From NCBI GenBank assembly GCA_951406725.2, contig OX597824.1:16802001-16866000 (forward strand): 64,000 nt of DNA, written 5' to 3'. This document shows, piece by piece, positions 55,015 through 64,000 of the stretch (within the stretch, counting starts at the first letter, position 1; every line of letters begins with the position of its first letter). This DNA comes from Octopus vulgaris (lineage: Eukaryota). Under the pieces are notes generated by a model, which was given only the letters and a program-made list of their open reading frames with translations, was not told the DNA's origin and made no database searches. The translations under genes and the position numbers were made by a program.

Positions 55015-55960
55015 GAGTATTGGTGAATGCTACCATAATCCTTGCCTTCAGTTCATCTTCCGTGTTACAAGGAGTTTTGCTGGTCTCTCGTAATAAACAA
55101 GGGAGTTGCAGTCTTGGGAGTTATGTAGCCAGATGTTAGGGGTGATGTGGTGGCAGAAATTGTCTGACAGCCGCTGCTTCTGTAGTATGGTGCAGAGTCC
55201 GGTTGCCAGACATAGGGTCTTTGAGCAGTCACCCTCTTGACCTAAGGCAACTCTACCTCATCCAAGCATTTGATGCAGGCCTCCGTGTTGAATCTCATGC
55301 CGCGTGAGAAGATGAATGGAGGCATAACGTCGCCATCACTAATGATCACTCCAAACACCCTGATGTTGACTGGATGTTTAATTTTTATCACTCTCGGTAC
55401 ATGTTTTAGGGAGACCACAAACCAACGATTGTCTGTGTGTCGACCATCTGATTCATGCAGAAATTACTCTTGTCCGAGAAAAACCAAATCATGTTCGGAT
55501 GGAGAGGATGCTTGAATTTGTGAATTTGTTCTAAAGCTTCGTAGCGTTGTCATTCCTCTTGTCCTTGATGGCTTGGAATAAAAATTGGTCCATTCTCATC
55601 TTGTATGATGAATACCAAATGTCTTCAAGCAGTACCTGCCTCATCAGAAATTCAGACACACCCATGTCTCAAGCGATGGACCTGATTGATTTTAAGAAAT
55701 CGTTGTCAATCATAGCCTGGATCTCAATAACAATTCAGGAGTTATTTTCTTATCCGAACGATCAGAGAGGATTTTCCGAGGTGCCGTACCTTCGTAATCA
55801 CCATTAAACTGATCCAACTCTTTCTGAATCCTCTGCACTGTCCTCAGATTGTCACCCAAACACTCTGAAATGCTTGTATTGGAAATTCCAGCGCGAATGC
55901 CAATGTGCACAGCATGACGTTTCCAAATTTCTGGCAGAGTGAATTGAGTCAGGGTTTTTG
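55015..55960 (-). pseudogene. Decayed Tc1/mariner-superfamily transposase (maT/DD37D-like)
   Basis: HTH-like KRHAVHIGIRAGISNTSISECLGDNLRTVQRI, then WFFSDKSNF, KHPVNIRVFGVIISDGDVMPPFIF and YVWQPDSAP across frameshifts and stops. Confidence 0.8.
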
Positions 55961-56000
55961 TCACAGACGGTGCCCAACAGACACTAGTATACTGTGTAGT

Positions 56001-56575
56001 CAGGCAGCGAGCTGGAACAAACTTTAGCACGCCGGAGGAAATTCTTAGCAGTATTTCGTCTGCCGTTACCTTCTGGGTTCAAATTCCACAGAGTTCTACT
56101 TCGCTTTTCGTCCTTTCCGGGTCGATTAAATAAGTACCAGTTACGCACTGGGGTCGATATAATCGACTTAATCCGTTTGTCTGTCCTTGTTTGTCCCCTC
56201 TGTGTGTAGACCTTTGTGGGTAGTAAAGAAACAGGTATTTCGTCTGTTTCTACGTTCTGAGTTCAAATTCCACCGAGATCGACTATGCCTTTCATCCTTT
56301 CAGGGTCGATAAATTAAGTACCATTTACGTACTGGGGTCGATCTAATCGATTGAATCCGTTTGTCTGTCATTGTTTGTCCTCTCTGTGTTTAGCCCCTGG
56401 TGGGTAGTAAAGAAATAGGTATTTCGTCTGTTATTACGTTCTGAGTTCAAATTCCACCGAGATCGACTATGCCTTTCATCCTTTCAGGGTCGATAAATTA
56501 AGTACCATTACGTACTGTGGTCGATCTAATCGATTGAATCCTCCCGCTAAATTTCAGGCATTTTGACTAGAGAAG
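56001..56575 (+). mobile_element. SINE family C with three tandem bodies
   Basis: Same AAAGAAA(T/C)AGG|TATTTCGTCTG junction occurs twice. Confidence 0.88.
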
Positions 56576-56699
56576 AGAAGAAAGAAAAAGTATACTGTGT
56601 AGTCGACAAAATCAGAAACAAACAATGAGTGTGCGCGAAATAAGAAATATAAAATGGCGATAATTTATCTATCGCACGCGCTGTATGTATGTACGTATG

Positions 56700-56741
<42 letters not shown>

Positions 56742-56742
56742 A

Positions 56743-56777
<35 letters not shown>

Positions 56778-56842
56778 CATACATATATATATATACATAG
56801 ATACATCCATTCATACATACATACATACATATATACATACAT

Positions 56843-57212
56843 TGTGTGGTAAGTAGGTTGCTTACGAACCACTTGGTTCCGGGTTCAGTCCCACTGTGTG
56901 GCACCTTGGGCAAGTGTCTTCTACTATAGCTTCGGGCCGACCAAAGCCTTGTGAGCGGATTTGGTAGATGGAAACTGATAGAAGCCCATCATATATATAT
57001 GTATATATGTATATGTATGTGTGTGTATATGTTTGTGTGTCTGTGTTTGTCCCACCACCAACATCTCTTGACAACCAATGCCGGTGTGTTTACGTCCCGT
57101 AACTTACAAAGAATAAGTCCTGGGGTCGATTTGATCGACTAAAGGCGGTGCTCCAGCATGGCCACACTCAAATGACTCAAACAAGTAAAAGAGTAAAAGA
57201 AGAGAGTAAAGA
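56843..57212 (+). mobile_element. SINE family A copy
   Basis: Homologous to 8490-8940. Confidence 0.88.
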
Positions 57213-57270
<58 letters not shown>

Positions 57271-57903
57271 ATTGATAGTAACACTTGCATTCCGACATAA
57301 CTTACGTACATAGATATCGCATGAACTCTTATACACCCAAGCGCTCACTCGTTCTCACATCTACATCCAAACCGAATAACAATGATCACAACCCTATCTT
57401 CCACCACTCAACTTGCTAGAAGTAGCAACCAACTCTCCCTTAAGTCATATCCTTTCCTCTTTAGAAAACATAAAAGCTTAATAAACAAAAAAAAAGTAAC
57501 AAAACAGAAAGAAAATATATGAAGAATAAAAAAAAGGATGTAATGGAGGTCTTATTTCCGGTGCATAGAAAGAGTAAACGGGAAGGCCACGGCTAGAATG
57601 ACGCTCATCATAAGTCTACTCTACCACGGTTGTCATGGGGCTAAACAACAACAAAAAAAAACAATAGTAAACACAACCATAAAAACTACCAACAACAAAC
57701 ACACGCTCGCACATAAAATTACATCTAACCACGAAGTTCCATATCAATTTTCTCCCTGTTCTCTTCTCTTATATTTTTTTGAAGGATTTTTACCCAGACC
57801 CTACTTTTTCCCCTCTATTGTATCATCTTCCTGTGTGTTTTTTTTTTTCACCTCGTTATTGATGTTGTCGTTGTTGTTGTTGTTGTTATTGATGTTATTG
57901 AAG

Positions 57904-57937
<34 letters not shown>

Positions 57938-58049
57938 CATCGTCGTTGTCGCTGGCTTTCCATTTGAATCCCTAATGCTACGTTTCCAGGCCAAAACATG
58001 TCTGTATGTTAATATGTCTGTGCGGCCTGACCTTCTCTGCCTTCGCACC

Positions 58050-59280
58050 CCGTCCGCCACCGCACCGCCACCGCCACCGCACCGCCACCGCCACCGCACC
58101 GCCACCGCTCCGCCAGTGTTAGCTTCATTCTGATATCCCTTAACATCTCCATACATCATCAGCATCACCATCAACATCACCATCGCCGTCGTCGTCGCCA
58201 TCATCATCATCACCACCACCACCACCACCACCGCGACTGTCGCAATGGCCATCCCTTTCACCACCGCCCGTCGTCGCCTGCATCACCGCCACAAACACCA
58301 ACGCCGACTTATCTTTGAAATGCCCCAGCTTTGCCATGACCAACATCACTATCAACACCTTCATCACCGCCACCACCACCACCACCACCATCACTGCCAT
58401 CACCACCACCGATCCCCATCACCGCCACTACGTCCATCACTATGCCATCGCCACCATTTGTACCACCGTTGCCAACGCTACGCAACTACCACACTCATGA
58501 CGATAACCACCACCACCACCACCACCACCACTACCACCACCACTACTACCATCACCCCTACCACCACCACCATCACCACCCCCACCCCCACCATCGCCGC
58601 CGTCACAAACACCTAAACCAACATTAACACCAACACCACTATCACCACCAATGCCCTTAGTACTACCACCAGAACCACCACCACCACCACCACCACCACC
58701 ACTAACACTACTACTAACACCACCACCACTACCACCTTCATCAATATCACCTGCACCAATACCAACACCATCACCCACAATACCTCTACAACCATCACCA
58801 CCACCACTACCACCACCAATAATATCACCATAACCACCATCACCACTACCACCACCAACACCACCACTAACACCACTAACACCACCATCACAACCACCAC
58901 CACCAATACCACCACCACTAAGACCAACACCATAACCCACAATACCGCTACCACTACCACCACCACTCCCACCAAAAAACCCCACCCTCACCCCACTTCA
59001 ACCATCCCGATCATGACTGTCACCTACATCACCACCAATATTACCACCACCAGCACCACCAGCACCACCACCACTGTCAGTTCCACCATCGAAATCACCA
59101 GCTTTAACCATAACCAAGTCCTGCACGAGCACCACCACCGCTTCCATATAATGACCATCACCTCCCCCTGCCAAATGTAAGACCCTCATCAGCACAACTA
59201 CCAACAGCAACCCTGCCTCCACCACCACCACCACCACCACCACCACCACTAGCTCAACCAGCAGCGACACCACCACCTCG
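58050..59280. repeat. Degenerate (ACC)n-rich low-complexity tract
   Basis: About 1.2 kb of eroded ACC/ATC/GCC triplets; reading frames shift repeatedly. Confidence 0.85.
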
Positions 59281-59437
59281 ACCCGTTTCATTTCTAATTT
59301 TTGAGATTTTTTTTTTTGTCAATCAAAAAAATAGCAGGGCAGATAAGTCCAGACACCCACCCTTCCGCCAAACTGTCTTATGTAGAATAACAACAACAAC
59401 AACAACAACAACGACAACGACGACAACAACAGTAACT

Positions 59438-59474
<37 letters not shown>

Positions 59475-59607
59475 GAGCAGCAGTAGCAGCAGCTACAACA
59501 ATAACCATAATAACGGTTGCTTTACATTTTTTTAAAAATAATTTATCTATTTTTTTTTTTGTATATATTTCTGTCTAGTTTATGTTTTCACAAGGACACC
59601 ATAACCA

Positions 59608-59643
<36 letters not shown>

Positions 59644-59810
59644 TAGCACCACCACCACTAGGGGCAGCGGCTGCGGCAGCAGTAGTAGCCATTATAACAG
59701 GGACAACAACAACAAAAAGTAGAACTATTAACGCAGACATGGTTTTTTTTTTTTCACGTTTTGGTTGATTTATTAAAAATTTTTTTTTTTACCGATTTTC
59801 TTTATACGTC

Positions 59811-59844
<34 letters not shown>

Positions 59845-60064
59845 GATGAGAAGATACTACAATAACAACGATAATGAATACAACAGCGATAGATGTGACA
59901 ACAGCAGCAGCAGCAGCAACTGCAGCAGCAGTGGCAATAACAACAACAATTATTTCACATTTATTACATTTTATTTTTATTTTATTAGATTTTTTTTCTT
60001 CTTTATATTTCGTCGGCCAACAGAAATACAATAACAACTAGAACAATTAGAAAACGGGAGAAGC

Positions 60065-60098
<34 letters not shown>

Positions 60099-60397
60099 GC
60101 AAAAGCCACAACAACAACAACAACAACAATAATAATAATAATAATAATAACAGCAACAACAACAACAACAACAAAGATGACAAAACAGAAAAAACTTTAT
60201 CATTTATTGCATGTATTTTTTTGTTTCGATTTTTTTTTGCTTTGCTTTCCATTTTCATTTTATAGTTTTGATACACACTAACAACAACAACAACAACAAC
60301 AACAATGAGTATATCTACAAGAACAGCCACAACAACAACGACAACATTAACGTCTGCAAGAATGGCCATAACAAACAACAGCACACAAGAAAAACAA

Positions 60398-60459
<62 letters not shown>

Positions 60460-60660
60460 TATATATATATACACATATATACACATATATAAAACTAAAC
60501 ACATTCATATTCTTCTTTATATTGTTTATATTAGTTATCTGATGTGTTTTCAAGCTCTTCCTTATTTCTTTTCTCTCCCTTTACTTCCGCCATATTTTTT
60601 TTTTCCTTATTCTCCCTCCAATTTTTTTCGCCCTTTCTGTCGACATTATTATCATTATTA

Positions 60661-60710
<50 letters not shown>

Positions 60711-60714
60711 ATTA

Positions 60715-60757
<43 letters not shown>

Positions 60758-61239
60758 CATTATTATTTTCCTGTAATATCCCCTGTATATACATACGCAT
60801 ATATACATTTTTTATATATATTTTATACAATTGTATCCCCCCTTCACTCATTTTTTTTCTAATCTATCTCCCCTCGTTTTTTTTTCCCTTCTAGTTCATC
60901 CCCACATTTTTTGTACTCTATCCATTTTTTTTCTCTCTACACTACACTATTTCGTCATTTTTTCCCCAGTATTTTTTTACCTTCACTATCCCCATATATT
61001 TTTTATCATTATATATATATATATATATATATCTGTTTTTTTACACTATACCCCAGATTTTTATTTATATATATAATTTTCCCTCTTGTTTCTCTAGTCT
61101 ATCCTCTTTGCAAAGCCTTATTTCTGTTCTTCTCTTCTCTTTTCATTTCTTTCTTTCTTTCTTTCTTTCTTTCTGTATTTATTGAGAGCTAAAAAAATCT
61201 ATAAACAAATAAAACAAGAACATACAAACAACAAAGAAA

Positions 61240-61850
<611 letters not shown>

Positions 61851-62216
61851 ACAAGAGCTTCTGGTTTCATAGAGAACCTAAAAAAATCCAAGTCACCGTT
61901 AGAGTGGCTAAACTGCGAACTCCGCCATTTGCTCCCTCCTTTCCTCCATCTCCGCCTCCTGCTTTTCCTTCCCATCATCAACAGCATGACCATCAACGAC
62001 ACCACCATCACCACCACCTCCCCCACTACCACCACTACTATTAGTTTGATCTTCATGTTGGGCATAATCATCATCATCATGGACCACAACAACAATTTTA
62101 AGACCACCAGGAACCCCACCACCCCACCCATTATCTTTTTATGCAAAGCACTTGTGTCAATACATTATGTATCTATCTATCCATCTGCCTATCTATCTAT
62201 CTATCTATCCATCTGC

Positions 62217-62294
<78 letters not shown>

Positions 62295-62391
62295 GCTCAT
62301 CTATATTATCTATGAATATATTTCTGTATCTATTTACCTGCATTACCGAAAAAAAAAGATGGCCATTCTTACTTACCGTGTGTGTATGTAT

Positions 62392-62459
<68 letters not shown>

Positions 62460-62590
62460 TATATACATAGATATAAATCCATATGAATATATATATATAT
62501 ACATATACAAATATATACATATATATGCATATACATACATACATATAGATATACACATATTCATATATATGCATATGTATACATATATAA

Positions 62591-62656
<66 letters not shown>

Positions 62657-63721
62657 GCATATCTATGTAAAGTTTTCTGTGTGAATATGTGTGTGTACAT
62701 TTGCACATGCCTCCCCTTTCCTTTCTCTTCCATTTTCTTTGATTTTCGTGTTTTTTTGTTTTACTTCAGATTTCCTGTCTGCATGCATATTTGTCTGTAT
62801 GTCTGTCTGACTGTTTCTAAATCTGCTTTTCTCATTGCTTATCTCTCTCTCTCTCTCTCTCTCTCCCTTCCTCCTTCTCTCCCTCTCTCTCTCTCTCTCT
62901 TTGTCTCCCACTCCCCCCCTCTCTCATTTTCTCTGTCTTTACTTCTGTCGTTGTAAATATGGACCTGCCAACGTTGTTCCTGTATGTATGTACGTACGTC
63001 TGCCTGGCGGTCATTTAAACTGTCTGTACGCCATCTCGCCTGACACTCAATCGGTCAGTCAGTTTGACGGATGTCTCCACAATAATTGTCAGTCGATTTG
63101 TGTGTATGCATATATGGCATTTTCTCTATATATGTAAATAAGTATATGCATATATGTATGCGTGTATGTGCTTGTGTGCCTATAATGTGTATCTCTCTCT
63201 GCGTATCTATCCTCTATGTCTGTATCTAATTTTCTGACGATCTTTAAGCTTATTCTGTTCTCTTCTCTTTTGTGGGGGAACGTGGTGGGTCGTATGTCTT
63301 AGGCTCTCCCTAAACGAATGACTTCATTTAGCCTGGCAATGGCTGCTCACACGAACCGTTCTCATAACATATCTCATTTTAAAATTGTAATGGGTGTATG
63401 GTGTGGGCGCAGTGAATGTGAAAGTTGTGTCCGTGATAATAAAACTACTATAGTATTGTTATCATTTGGCTCTAGTTCGAACACATTTATGAACATAGAC
63501 GTTCCATCCGTGAACTTCCCGACTCTCTTATTTTTTCCAAGAATAGTGTACTCAGGTCTCAATTTTCTAATGAGTTCTCACTTTTCTTAAGATTCTAGAA
63601 TGTAATTTGAAAAAAATTCGGCTGGTTCTTCTAGCAGATTATACGTCCACATGAAGGTTACGATCATGGATAGCTTGTGGCTGTTTGTTTTAGGAATAGC
63701 ATCCACTTATAAAAATCAATT

Positions 63722-64000
63722 TGGAGGCACAATGGCCCAGTGGTTAAGGCAGCTGACTCGCGATCGGAGGATCGCGGTTTCGATTCCCAGACCGGGCGTT
63801 GTGTGTTTATTGAGCGAAAACACCTAAAGAAGCTCCAAGAGGCTCCGGCAGGGGTGGGGATGGCGATCACTATTGTACTCTTTCGCCACAACTCTTTCTC
63901 ACTCTCTCTTCCTGTTTCTCGAGTAACGCTGCGATGGACTGGCGTCCTGTCCAACTGGGTAGGAGAAACACATACGCCACAGAAATCGGGAAACCGGGCC
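63722..64000 (+). mobile_element. SINE family B with V-domain-like tail (runs off the window)
   Basis: Head TGGAGGCACAATGGCCCAGTGGTTAAGGC...GGTTTCGATTCCC; CTGCGATGGACTGGCGTCCTGTCCA segment. Confidence 0.88.

Noticed and set aside
58440-58991. 183-aa glycine-rich protein gene
   Set aside because: Lies in an eroded (ACC)n tract, neighbouring frames have stops, and I see no signal peptide or convincing splice structure; it cannot be supported without RNA-seq.
63300-63600. Short unique ORFs on both strands
   Set aside because: No motif recognised; a BLASTX search would be needed.

Overview
AT-rich, repeat-saturated eukaryotic non-coding DNA. The tRNA-derived SINE families, R4/Dong 3' ends and microsatellite load point to an octopus genome (inference). 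I can support no intact host protein-coding gene: almost all long ORFs in the track are microsatellite translations. The window holds at least five SINE-like families, LINE remnants (R4/Dong, CR1, RTE-like), a Penelope-like GIY-YIG fragment, about nine hammerhead-ribozyme-like motifs, and mariner/Tc1, piggyBac, pogo/Tigger and Helitron remnants. The standout is 14.7-18.2 kb, an endogenous circovirus-like (CRESS-DNA) element. It comprises a decayed Arg-rich capsid-like N-terminus (-), an 85-bp intergenic region with a TATA-like run and a TAGTACTAC nonanucleotide, and a Rep N-terminus with RCR motif I (FCFTLNNY). The ori+Rep-start module recurs four times head-to-tail at 718/745/717-bp spacing, each copy padded with a palindromic GAAAATTTTC-based satellite, resembling an integrated concatemer of a defective or satellite minicircle. 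All coordinates were read by eye; element edges are approximate.
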